From: Eledone cirrhosa | Taxonomy: Eukaryota | Length of the DNA: 64,000 bases | Direction: 5' to 3' | Assembly: GCA_964016885.1 (NCBI GenBank) | Contig: OZ024743.1 | Location: 150,598,001 to 150,662,000, forward strand | Shown here: in pieces, positions 52,800 to 63,861 of the stretch | Numbering within the stretch: the stretch's first letter is position 1 | Layout of the letters: each line of letters begins with the position of its first letter | The notes under the pieces: generated by a model | What the model saw: only the letters and a program-made list of their open reading frames with translations | What the model was told of the DNA's origin: nothing | Database searches by the model: none | Translations under genes and position numbers: made by a program

Positions 52800-54068
52800 C
52801 AGTGAGTCCTCGATATACGGTATATATGCGTTCCTGAAACCCTTACCGTATATCGAATTACCGTATAAAGAACCCATTATAACATGTAATAGATAGGAAT
52901 GCACTCCAGCACATCGAAAAAGTCATCCCTACAGAAAATAAATAATGTTTTTTTATTTACTGTACTTTACACATGCCGCGTAGTCCATCAGATGATGTGC
53001 CTCTTCATTTGTCCCTCCCGAGGCTAAGGGACAGTATGGGTTTCATCCCTTACTCATCTTGGGCTGAGTTGGCAGGGGAGGATGAGGGTGATGTGGGAGG
53101 CTCAAAACCAACAAACTCGTTGACTGCAGTGGATGTTGAAGGGCCAGCTGTAGCACGGTTGGCAGGTGTGACTGGCTTGAAGAAAGAGTAGATGGAGGAC
53201 TGTTTGGCGGTGTTTCTTTTGGCTTCATACATTTCTTAGTAAATCTTGATGCTTTTCTCAACGTCTTGAGCCACTTTGCTGCTCCTAGCAGGGTTGTGGT
53301 CACGCTCTTTCAGGTTTTCTAAGATTGTTTCAATACTCCCGAGAGTACTTTAGAGTTTTTATGTCCAAGCCATGCACAGGTTCTTCTTCCTCCTCTTCTT
53401 TTTCTGTCTCCTGTATCGCCTTGTCTAGTTCTATGAGTTCATCATTGGAGAGTGGTTCAGCGTGGCTTTCCAAAAGGTCTTGCACATCATCATCATTAAC
53501 ACCATTGAAGCCAGCTCTATGGCAGAGATTTACAATATCTTTTTTTTATCGTACCAATGTCCTCAGCAAAGCCTTGGAAGTCATTCACACATGCTGGCCA
53601 TAATTTCTTCCAGGTCAAGTTCATGGTGGACTGCTTCACTTCTTCCCAAGATGCCTTGATGTTGTCTAAGCCGTGCTTGATGTTGTACAATTTCCACCAT
53701 TCCCTGATGGTGGGCTTGTCAGGCCCATCTGTGCCCTTTATCAGCTGCTGCATGGTTCTCCGCTGGTAGTATGCCTTAAATGTTTTGATGACTGTTTGAT
53801 CCATCGGCTGAATGAGAGCTGTGGTGTTTGGGGGGAGAAACAACACTTCAATATTTTCTGACCAGTCTTCCATTGCCCGTGGGTGGCTGGGGGCATTGTC
53901 CACTAATAGCAGAAAACAGTTGGCAATGTTGTTAGCTAATGCATATTCCTTAAGAGTTGGTGACAGATATGAGGTGAAAAAATCCTGGTGAATTGAAGTG
54001 ATCAGCCATGCATTCTTATTAGACTTCCATATCACTGGTAGATATTGCTTAAGTAACCCCTTGAGTGA
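52800..54068 (-). mobile_element. Tigger/pogo DNA transposon, 3' half with one TIR
   Basis: TA-CAGTGAGTCCTCG terminus. DDE_1-type domain WKSNKNAW...LLLVDNAPSHP...FLPPNTTALIQPMDQTVIKTFKAYY (53517-54035). Confidence 0.9.
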
Positions 54069-54189
54069 AAAAGAAGGAATAGGGGCAAGGTACGTCTGCC
54101 ATAAGTCGTAACTTAGGCCTAGCCCAGTCTACAGTCTGGACTGTTTTAAAAAATAGTGAGGCTGTCAAAAAAGCTTGGGAGAATGCTAT

Positions 54190-54771
54190 GAGTCTACAGA
54201 GTAAATTGTTGACCAAACATCGTGAGCCTGGGACGATCTGATAAATTCCGACCTTACACACTTGCACCTCTCTAAGACAATGTCACTGGACCGAGATCTT
54301 TGGCGCTACACAGTAATACAGAAGACCCGCCTTGCCTATGTACAAAGCGAAACCTACAGTCAGTAGGTACCTCTCAACCAAATATACACCCCAATCCCTA
54401 TCCTCCCACTCTCACCAACACCACCCTCTTTCTGTAACGTTGGTAACACAACATCCAGTCCAAATAAATGAGATAATGAGATAGAAATCGAGATCATGTA
54501 GGTGTCACGACAAAAAAAAAAACAAAAAAAAACACAGTCCATGCTGTAATGTGGTTGTGTAGGTAACACGGTAAAAAGTTCCCAGTTCCACACTGTAAAT
54601 GTGGTTGGTGTTAGGAAGGGCATCCAGCCGTGGAAAACCTGCCAGATAGTCCTATATGAGCGAGACACAGTCACCCGACCTACCTTGCCTCAAGTGGGAC
54701 AACTCCCATCTAACCCATGCTAGCGTGGAAGATAGACGTTAAACGAGGATGATGATGATGATGATGATGAT
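54190..54771 (+). mobile_element. RTE-clade 3' end with (GAT)n tail
   Basis: gaccgagatctttggcgctacacagtaatacagaagacc; aggaagggcatccagccgtggaaa; gacgttaaacgaggatgatgatg. Confidence 0.8.
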
Positions 54772-55307
54772 TACATCTGTATATATATAAAATTAAGTAT
54801 GTGTGTGCGTGTGTGTCTGTGTATTACCTATAGGGGCCTACATCTTGCGACCGACTTTCATGAAACTTTACAGGCTCATAGAGTAGTCATCGGGGTGTGT
54901 TTTCTATATATCAGCGTATCGTTTTTTTTATTCCGGAATCATTCTGCAGATAAAAATCGATAGGGCGGTCACCTTTTTTTAGTTATCGAAAAATAAGATT
55001 TGGGTCTCTAGCTCCCACATTTTGCCACCGATTTCGTTCAAATTTTAAAGCAAAATAGAATTTATCATTGCACATCCTGTAATTGCTTTACATTTTGTTT
55101 TTTTGTTCAGGAACGGCGTGGCAGCCGCTTAAATATTCGAAAATATCACCTTTTTGCTCAAATTTCCGCTTGTTCGGCTCTAGCTCCCACATTTTTCAAC
55201 CGATTTCGTTCAAATTCGAAACTTCGGCTCCACCTCCACATAAATCAATTTATTTGGTTCAACTTTTATACTACGATAGAACCTATCATTGCACATCTTA
55301 TAGTAGC

Positions 55308-55564
55308 TGTGGTTAGAAAAAGCTATGACACTTACCGCTTTTCATAGGCGCCACTAAACTCCACTGCAGGTTACTCCTCTTCCACGTGCGTCCAACTGCT
55401 TAACACCGGGAGCTGCCCAAAACTCGCGTCCACACCGTTTGCTGGTCACCACTAGAGAGAAAGGCCCTCTGCTGGCCCTTCCGGTCGAGCATCCTTCCGG
55501 CCAAGCACCCGTCCGGTCGAGCACTCCCCCGCTTCCGGCCACCGCACGCCACACCATACCCACA
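55308..55564 (-). repeat. 3' LTR
   Basis: Direct repeat of 59156-59412; contains three copies of a unit of about 15 bp (ccttccggtcgagca). Confidence 0.96.
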
Positions 55565-55577
55565 CGCCCCCCTGATC

Positions 55578-58398
55578 TCAAGGATCAATTTCCCCCTCGT
55601 CCCTCTGCATATGAAAGTCTGCTGTCCAGGTTGGTGGTCTACGACTTCGTTGCGATCTCTGTAGTATTGGGGCAGAGCTCTGGGTTTCCACCTCATCTTG
55701 AGTTTCCTCTTCCTCGGAGTCCGTCGACACAGTGATTCTTCTTACATCCAGGACATGACGTGGTACCCCGTCCACGGACACATTGTTCTTTGAATTTACG
55801 GCCGTCACCGTTCCCCTTTCCCATTGAGATGTGCAACGTGCATCTGGGGGCTTAACCCAGACTTCTTCGCCCACCTGCACGAATGCACTCTCTCTCCCCA
55901 CGGGCCGTTGTGGTGGCGTGCACGGGTGCCGCCACTCGAATTTGAATACTGCTCTGTGTGGCACCGATTCCTCGACCTGTCCAACCCGAGGGGACATATT
56001 GTACCAGAACACTGCCTCCATTGGTGAGATATGGCCCCGCTCCGCCATTGCTTTGATCGTCCGGTGGTGTCGCTCCACGATTCCATTCCCGCTCGGCCTG
56101 TGTGCCGCTCTGAAGAAACGGTCCACCTTCCATCCATCGAGCATCTCCCTCAGTGCCTCCGAGCAGAACGCTGCGCTGTTGTCCATCAGCAGTTCGTCCA
56201 CAGGGCACCGCTCCAAGAACACCTCTCTCAACGTCCGCACGATTTCCTCGGCCGTTCCAGTCCTCATCTCCCTCCACAGTCGACCATCGAGAGGTACGCT
56301 CCCTGCCGGTAGTGCGTCACATCCACCGCTAATCGCTTCCAGTCGCGATCCACCGGGAGGCTTCCCGTTTCGTGTACACCCGGGGCGGGATCAATGGACT
56401 TACATCTTACGCAGCCTCTAACCCCCCCCCCCCCCGAACACTGTGTCTGCTAACGTCCGAGTCGATTCTCCTGGCTAGGAACAGGCTCCTATCCACGCCA
56501 TGTGGTGCATGTTATGCAACCCCTTCAGATCTGACTCGGTCAGCCGACACACGGCAGCTATCTCATCCTCTACCTCCTCCGGCGCTTCCATCCAGGCTTT
56601 CTTCACTCTAGTTAAGATGTCCGCCCTATTTTTCTCTGAGGGCACGAAAACTACACTCAGCTTCAGGTCGAACTCGGTGGCCAGCTCTCCTAACGTTCCT
56701 AGGCGGCGCTTTATCAGCATCTCCGCCGCGCCTCTCGTTCGCACTCTCTTCTCACTGGTGAGCACTGATCTTACCCATCCGAGTACAGTAGCCGAGTCGG
56801 TGCGTATCTCGATGGTGCGCGGCCCCCACCGCAGGGCGAGGTTCACCCCTCTCAACACCGCGTCCCGCTCGGCCACATTGATGTGGTTGCAGTCGTCCTT
56901 CTATCTAAGCCAGGCTGCATCCTCGACCTCAACACCTCCTATATCCAACGTGACACCCAGCGCTATGCTGCTGGCATCGCACCATACGGTCCCGCTCTGT
57001 GATTTGGGAACATACCAGCGTCCCCGCACTGGGTCGTCGGCCTTCACCCTCCCCACGATCTCCTGCATCATGGCCACCGTCCTCTCTCCCACTCTGTCAC
57101 TCCAAGTCAGCCCTCCCGCTCGTCTCTTGACATAGCTGCATGCCGTCCGGAGCCACCCAGCGATCGGGTAGTGACCCACCAGCTTTCCACACACCGAGAA
57201 AAGCTCCCGCCTACTCATACTTGGGCCCAGTTCCGGAACTTCGTTTTCCCTCTGGAATACCAAAACGCCCGTCCTGTCTCGCCGTAGCCTAAGTCCCAGC
57301 GCGGCTCCTCCCTCCAATTCTTCTGATGGCTTCGCAGTCAGTCTATACCTCCGTAAATGGCTCGTGACCTCCGCCGCCGACTCGTCCACTAGGATGTCGT
57401 CAATATAGGAGTTAGTAGCCCTCTTTATCTTGTCGGCCCTCCCCAGAGCGGTCTTGAGGACCGCCGCCATGATCTTCGGTGCGGAGCTCAGCCCGAAACC
57501 GAGCCTGGTCAGGCAATATGTCCGGCCCTTATACCTGACCAGCTGATACCGCCAGAGCTTCTCATCTATATGCAACTGCAAGTAAGCCGACTTTAGATCC
57601 ACGATCGTCTCCACTCACGCAGGGTTTCCCCACAGACATCCGTGACCTCGCCACCCGTGTGGCATGACACGTGCTCGTTCAGCTCCCGATAGTCCAACAC
57701 CGGCCTGACCTTGCTCTTCGTGGGTTGCACCACCGCCATTAACGGCAATACTCCGCACTTCACCTCCTCCTTCCAGGGAAGCAGTATACCCTCTTCGATC
57801 CATCTCTCTACTTCTCGCTCCTAGCGTTTCCCTTCAATGTGTGTTGATAGCAGCCTACTTTGGTCTTCAGTGTTGGTGGTTCTTCCTTCCAGTACCACTC
57901 AACAACCCATCGCTGCCCATCAAACACGGCCTTGAAGTCTTTGTCCTGCACAGTGTAAGCGGGGTATTCCTCCTCGTGGGCCTTCTGGTTCTCATGACGT
58001 GCACTCACAGCGCATACCGATGCAGCGGCGCCAAACGACACACCGACATTGTTCACCGTGACGCCCCCTAGACGGCCAATCGCGTCCATGCCCATAACCA
58101 CGCCGATCCCATCCACCACACTGTCTACCACGATGGCGGAAAGCCTTATCCTCCTTCCCCGTACCGCTATTTCCATCTCGCTGCGACCTCGGCATTCAAT
58201 TTTCCTGCCGTTGACTGCCCTTACGCTGCTCTTCCCTCCCCACCTCTGTGCCACCCCCGCGGTCACCAGTGTCGTCGTACAGCCCGTGTCCACGAGGGCT
58301 CGCTGTGGCTTCCCCCTCACGAAGACTTCCACCACGGGCAGCCCCGCTACACGTAAGGGGCAACTACCGGCGCAGTAGTTCCCCTTGGATCGTTTCCC
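55578..58398 (-). pseudogene. pol: protease, RT, RNase H, integrase (several frameshifts and stops)
   Basis: ALVDTGC; VRPVLDYRELN; DLKSAYLQL; LGFGLSSAP; YIDDILV; WCDAS...HINVAERDAV...RTDS...NRADILTR; HHCC; LAVDVTHY...LMDN...SGNGIVERHHRTIK; terminal RSQRSRRPP. Confidence 0.93.
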
Positions 58399-59090
58399 TG
58401 GTCGCAGTTAGTAGCGATGTGGCCTGGTCGCTTACACCGGTAGCAAATTATCTCCGGCTTCGACTCTCTACAGTCTCTAGCCATGTGCGGGCCCTGGCAC
58501 CAAAAACAGCGCCCTCTAAATGTTCGCGGGCGACCGCGTGCCGAGGTTGCCTCCTTTTCACCATTTCGCTGCCAAGTGTCCTGAGCCTCTGTTGTTGCTA
58601 TCGCCGCAACACTCTTTTTGGCATCTTCCGCTATGATCCGGGCTTGTTCCACCAGGGAACGCATTTCCATCTCTTTATAACCCGGGACTTGCTGCAGTTT
58701 CACCGCTATGTCGTCTGGAAATCCATTGATGAACGCCAACCGCACCGTGCGTTCGCATTCCACCTGGTAACCAGCCAACATGGCCAACCGCCGTATTTCC
58801 GCTGCGAAAATGTCGACGCGCTCACCATTCCACCTGATTCTCGCCAGCTTAGCAAAAGCCGCCAACGGTCCCTTGGCGAATGCATCCATCAGATGCCTCT
58901 CAATCTTCTACGCATCTCTTTGGCTGTGCTCGTCCAACTCAAGGAAGAGTACCAACGCGTCGCCATCGAGGTACAGTACCATGAGGCCGGCCACGTCCTC
59001 TATCTTCTGCAAGCTTGCGACCAGCCGAACCTTCCGCAGCCAAGCGGTAAATGCCCTGATAGCTTCGTTCATCCGTAGTCTTGTCGCCAT
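58347..59090 (-). pseudogene. gag with two zinc knuckles (one internal disruption near 58900)
   Basis: AWLRKVRLVA...LYLDGDAL; AFINGFPDDI; CFWCQGPHMARDC and CYRCKRPGHIATNC. Confidence 0.9.
58355..58398 (-). promoter_or_regulatory. programmed -1 ribosomal frameshift signal at the gag-pol junction
   Basis: G GGA AAC slippery heptamer (58398-58392), 5-nt spacer, hairpin AAGGGGAACTAC-tgcgccg-GTAGTTgCCCCTT. The -1 frame is open into the protease. Confidence 0.85.
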
Positions 59091-59155
59091 CTTCTGATTT
59101 GTCTTGCGGCAAGTGTTTTTTTTTTTGTTTTTTTTTTCCAGTCGCCGATATAGCT

Positions 59156-59412
59156 TGTGGTTAGAAAAAGCTATCTCACTTACCGCTTTTCATAGGCGCC
59201 GCTAAACTCCACTGCAGGTTACTCCTCTTCCACGTGCGTCCAACTGCTTAACACCGGGAGCTGCCCAAAACTCGCGTCCACACCGTTTGCTGGTCACCAC
59301 TAGAGAGAGAGGCCTTCTGCTGGCCCTTCCGGTCGAGCATCCTTCCGGCCAAGCACCCTTCCGGTCGAGCACTCCCCCGCTTCCGGCCACCGCACGCCAC
59401 ACCATACCCACA
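59156..59412 (-). repeat. 5' LTR
   Basis: Direct repeat of 55308-55564. Confidence 0.96.
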
Positions 59413-59642
59413 GTAGCTTTACACATTGCATTTTTTGTTCAGGGGTGGTACCTATCATTAGCGTTTCTCAGTGATAGGGGTCATCACCACTCTCCCCCGA
59501 ATGGCCTGTGTGTGGCCATAGATGAGTCATCGACAAGCAGTCGCTAAGATCAACACCTTTTCATCAAAGCTGATATTATTTTACCTACCCAGGCAACGCT
59601 GGGTACTGCTGCTACTATGTATATAAACACACACACACACAC

Positions 59643-59689
<47 letters not shown>

Positions 59690-59691
<2 letters not shown>

Positions 59692-60311
59692 GAATAAAAT
59701 CAGTCCTTCATCAGTGATCTTCCAACTTTCATTGGTATTTCATCGCTTTAAAAATCATATACCTCTGGTTGGCACGAGCAATAACAAATAAAGTTATTGG
59801 GACAAGTAAAATAGAGTGAACGAGCGAGACATGTAAACAAACAACGATGGTATGGCAACGGAAAGATAGGAAGAGACAAGCGCATGAAATCTGTAAGCTT
59901 AAGCTTGGTGAATTCATGGGCGAGAGATACAGCCCATCCGACATGGGTGAGATGTGAGCGAGAAAAGGATTTCACACAGGTCAAACGGGAGGAAGTGAGA
60001 GAGGGGGAGAAGCAGAGAGTGAGTGAGTGGAAGTGTGAGGAAGAGACCAGCAGAGAGAGAGTGTGACTGGCAGAGGGGGTAAAAAGAGGAGAGAGAGTAA
60101 GAAAGAAACAGACAATCGCAGCTGAGGAAAAAATATAAATATGAGAAAAATCGAGCGCTGCATGGTTGCACATGGGTTACATATGAATAAAATTAGTCCT
60201 TCATCAGTGATCTTCCAGCTTTCATTGGTATTTCATCGCTTTAAAAATCATATACCTAAATAAAGTTATTGGGACAAGTAAAATAGGGTGAAACGGGCGA
60301 GACATGTAAAC
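59690..60311 (-). repeat. partial tandem direct repeat (59690-59838 vs 60183-60311), possible PLE pseudo-LTR
   Basis: Near-identical units about 493 bp apart (the second has a deletion of about 21 bp). Minus strand carries CTGATGA-aggac; abuts (CA)n(TA)n. Confidence 0.6.
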
Positions 60312-61815
60312 TTATTCCATCTCGTTCTTACCCTAGTTATTGTACTTTCCGAACACCCACCTCCACTGCTAATTTGGTCACCTATGTAGCAGAAGCTGTC
60401 TACTGTTTCTACAGAGCACTCCAAGAGTTTGATGGTACTTGTTTCCTGTGGCTGTTTGCTGCTTGCTGTCCCAGCGCAGCTGCTGCATGTGAAGCCTACA
60501 TTCTTAGTTAAGCTTCCTGAGATCCGCTACATCTTTTGTGTACCCATTGTTTGCATTTGGGGCAGAGAATGGAGTTCCTACTTACACCTTTCCTACATAC
60601 TGAGCAAGGCCATTTGCCTGAGGGGATATGGGCTCTGTTTTCTCGTCTACTTACAAGGACCTTAGTTTTTGTCAGGTTGACTTTGAGACCCTTTCTTTCT
60701 AGTCCCTGCTTCCAAGTTTGGAATTTCTTCTCTAGTTCTACCATAGATTCAGCTATAAGTGCAAGGTTATCTGCATACAGGAGTTCCCATGGGCATCCGG
60801 ACTTAAACTCCTCCGTTATTGCCTGCAGGACTATGATGAACAGGAGAGGGTTAAGATCAGAGCCCTGGTGGACACCGACCTGTACGCTAAATTTCTCGCT
60901 ATACTCATTGCTAATCCTAACTTTGCTGACTGCTCCCCTATACATGGCTTGTACAGCTTTCACAAGCCATTCATCTACTCCTAGTTTTCTAAGAGCTCAC
61001 CAGATTATAGCACGGAGAGCTCTGTCAAAGGCTTTCTCAAGATCGACGAATGCCATGTAGAGTGGCTTACTTTTAGCTAGGTACTTTTCCTGTAACTGCC
61101 TCACAAATTGCATCTCATCTAGTTTCACCCGGTCCCTAATCAACTGTGCTATAATTCTTTCTGTTACTTTCATGACCTGGTCCATCAGCTTTATACCTCT
61201 ATAGTTTCCTCTATCTAGTGCATCACCTTTACCTTTGTAGCAGTTGACAATGATGCTACTGCACCAATCCTTTGGTATGACACCTTCTAGTATTACCTGG
61301 TTAACAATACGTGTGGTTATAGTGTGACCTACCGACCCAGATGCCTTCAGCATCTCGGCAGCTATACCCGATGGACCGGTTGCCTTCCCTGTCTTCATAT
61401 CTTTGAAGCCTTACTTACTACGCTGCTGCTGACTTGTACTGCTGGCCCCTCTATAGGGTCTACTTGGGGTAGGGTCTCTTCTTGCCATGCATTCTCCTCA
61501 TTTAGTAATCTATCATAATGGCTCTTTCACACATCTTTCTTCTCAGCACTTGTGAGGGCAAGCTCACCTTTATCATTCCGGATACACTTCTCTCCAATGA
61601 CATCACAATTCTCTCTGACACACTGCCTCACAATCTTGAACACCTCCTGTTTCTGGTCCTCACATTGCAAAACATGCTTTAATTTTCTATCCTCTGCTTC
61701 CCTCGTAGCTAAGTATACTTGTCGCCTAGCTTCCCTCCTGGTCTCTATGTAATGTATCCTGCTTCCCCCGTTCTTCCATTCTTTCCATACCTGTCTCTTG
61801 GCCTAAACTGCCTCA
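60312..61815 (-). mobile_element. RTE-clade LINE RT fragment with PHD-like insert
   Basis: KATGPSGIAAEMLK, NYRGIKLM, AFVDLEKAFDR, GVHQGSDLNPLLF, LLYADNL, WPCSVC...CPKCKQWVHKRC. Confidence 0.92.
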
Positions 61816-61855
61816 TATATATATACATATATATATATATATACATACATACATG

Positions 61856-62350
61856 ATGGCTGCCAACTCGTTTTCGAGTATGGCCACTACTTTCTATCCA
61901 TGTAGGAGAACCCCTACCAATGTGCTGAACGAGTGTGACTTTTTAGACCAGCCAGCGACTTGAAAACTCTGGTACAAACACTACACTTGTGACAATTATT
62001 GACACATAGTGCTGGGCCCTTGGTACCATGTGACAACAAGTGCAGAGAGATCTCCAGATATAAAGCAATGCCTGTGCCGTGAAGCTTTTATAGTGAGCAA
62101 AGGCACTGCACAAAGCCAGTCCCACTCTCTTAACCAAGATGATATTTACCAAAAAGAAGAACAAGTCAACATCATTGGATACCATCAGGGTTGCAGGTGT
62201 TATATCAGAGTTTTCCTTCTCCTAGAATTCTGCCTTGACAAAGGCTAAGGGGTCATCTCTCCCGGTGATTCTGGATGGCCATTGACTCTTAAGAGCTCCT
62301 TTGCCCTTTGACAGGTTTTGTTTTTAGTCCTGCAGGACTAAAAACATACA
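61856..62350. mobile_element. unclassified non-coding retroposon-like element between (TACA)n tracts
   Basis: GC-richer block of about 490 bp ending in a 28-bp perfect palindrome and (TACA)n. Confidence 0.45.
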
Positions 62351-62361
62351 TATATATATAT

Positions 62362-62392
<31 letters not shown>

Positions 62393-62406
62393 CATATATA
62401 CATACA

Positions 62407-62444
<38 letters not shown>

Positions 62445-62551
62445 CATACCCATATGTATATATAAATATATACATACACATATATATACATATATATATA
62501 TATACACACATATATATATTCATATATATATATATACATATATATATACAC

Positions 62552-62588
<37 letters not shown>

Positions 62589-62590
<2 letters not shown>

Positions 62591-62702
62591 ATGAAGGAGT
62601 TGTGGTAAGGAACCAGATGGACCATAACACACCAGAGTACTCAATACAGAAATAACCGTCGAAACGGCTTGAGCTCTGCCGCGGGGTCATACATTTTCCT
62701 AT
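62589..62702 (+). mobile_element. rearranged remnant of the same pseudo-LTR family as 27643-27840, in (TA)n
   Basis: 62589-62647 is the reverse complement of about 27783-27840; 62648-62702 is a direct match to 27706-27761. Confidence 0.75.
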
Positions 62703-62707
62703 ATATA

Positions 62708-62778
<71 letters not shown>

Positions 62779-62782
<4 letters not shown>

Positions 62783-63556
62783 AAAATTTCGCACTACATG
62801 GCTGAATACAATAAAAGTAATCTGAGTTTTTCAAATATTAATAATAACATTCGATCGTTAGCAATTTTGCAAACAAGCCTCAATTTTATAGCCATGTCAG
62901 TAGAATGAACCCTTCATTCTTGCTCTTGTGTTGGCATGCGAACAGAGCTGCAGACACTAATGTTTCTGGGTAACACCCTTCATCTGTACAGCTTACTGTT
63001 TACCAGCTAAACTGTCAGAGCTAGTGAAAATATATACTATTTTCAAAAATACACAGTGACTGATCGGCCTGATTTGCATATTAGAAGACTGGCTGTTCAG
63101 TCAGATCTGCATATTAGCAGATCCACTGATCAGCCCGATTTGCATATCAGCAGACTGGCCGGTCCGTTTCCTGTATACAAGCGATAAATGATCGGCTTTG
63201 CCAAATTCAAATAAAAAAAAGAAAATTTCACTCTACATGGCTGAATACAATAAAATTGAGGCTTGTTTGCAAAATTGCAAACGAATTGAATGTTATTATT
63301 AATATTCGAAAAGGGCAGTGGATTGGTAGTATCGGTAGAGAGTCGGACGCCATGCTTTGCAGCATAGAGTTACGGCCCTTTATGAGTTCAAATCCCGCCG
63401 AGGTTAACTTTGCCTTTCATCCTTACAGGATCAATAAAATAAAGTACCAGTAATGTACTGGGGTCGATTTAATCGACTTTCCCCTTCCCAAATTGCTGGC
63501 CTTGTGCCTATATAAGAAACCATTATTAATATTCGAAAAACAGATTACATTTATAT
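62779..63556. mobile_element. foldback/MITE-like element with long TIRs and an internal 33-bp tandem repeat
   Basis: 62811-62890 is the reverse complement of 63250-63312 plus 63540-63555 (after removing the SINE). Three 33-bp units at 63060-63158. Confidence 0.7.
63313..63521 (+). mobile_element. SINE family A, long variant
   Basis: 18-bp TSD attattaatattcgaaaa at 63295-63312 and 63522-63539. Confidence 0.92.
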
Positions 63557-63583
63557 ATATATATATATATATATACATATATG

Positions 63584-63861
63584 TCAGGAAAGAAGAGTGA
63601 CACGGTTTGCTATACAAAAAAGGTTTTTAATCAGCAATGAGATTAAAAACCTTTTTTGTATAGCAAACCGTGTCACTCTTCTTTCCTGATTTATCATTAC
63701 TCCAAGTGTTAACAACATAGAAATCACCGCGTACTCGCAGCATCACTATCGAAACGCCTTGTTGAGTCAAATTTAGCCAAGCGTTGATATCATCCACTAC
63801 TCGGAGTACCCTAACTGGACTACACCTAAGTGGACTACCTATAACAATAATCTGTTACCCC

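Larger units (their letters stand above)
55308..59412 (-). mobile_element. compact LTR retrotransposon (gag-PR-RT-RH-IN, Ty3/gypsy domain order)
   Basis: 257-bp TG...CA LTRs (55308-55564 and 59156-59412, 6 mismatches), 5-bp TSD GTAGC (55303-55307 and 59413-59417), PPT-like gagatcaggggggcg next to the 3' LTR. Confidence 0.96.
54776..59615 (+). mobile_element. non-autonomous Helitron-like element (about 730 bp), split by the LTR retrotransposon
   Basis: 5' end A|TCtgtatatatataaaa followed by a GT-rich stretch; internal repeat of about 170 bp; 3' hairpin tacccaggcaacgctgggta (59586-59605), then CTAC|T (consensus CTAG). Confidence 0.75.

Noticed and set aside
55308-59412. Classification as a true DIRS element or endogenous retrovirus
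   Set aside because: It has direct TG...CA LTRs, a TSD, protease and DDE integrase, with no tyrosine recombinase and no env.
63060-63158. 33-bp periodic repeat as a CRISPR array
   Set aside because: Contiguous tandem units without unique spacers, eukaryotic context, no cas genes.
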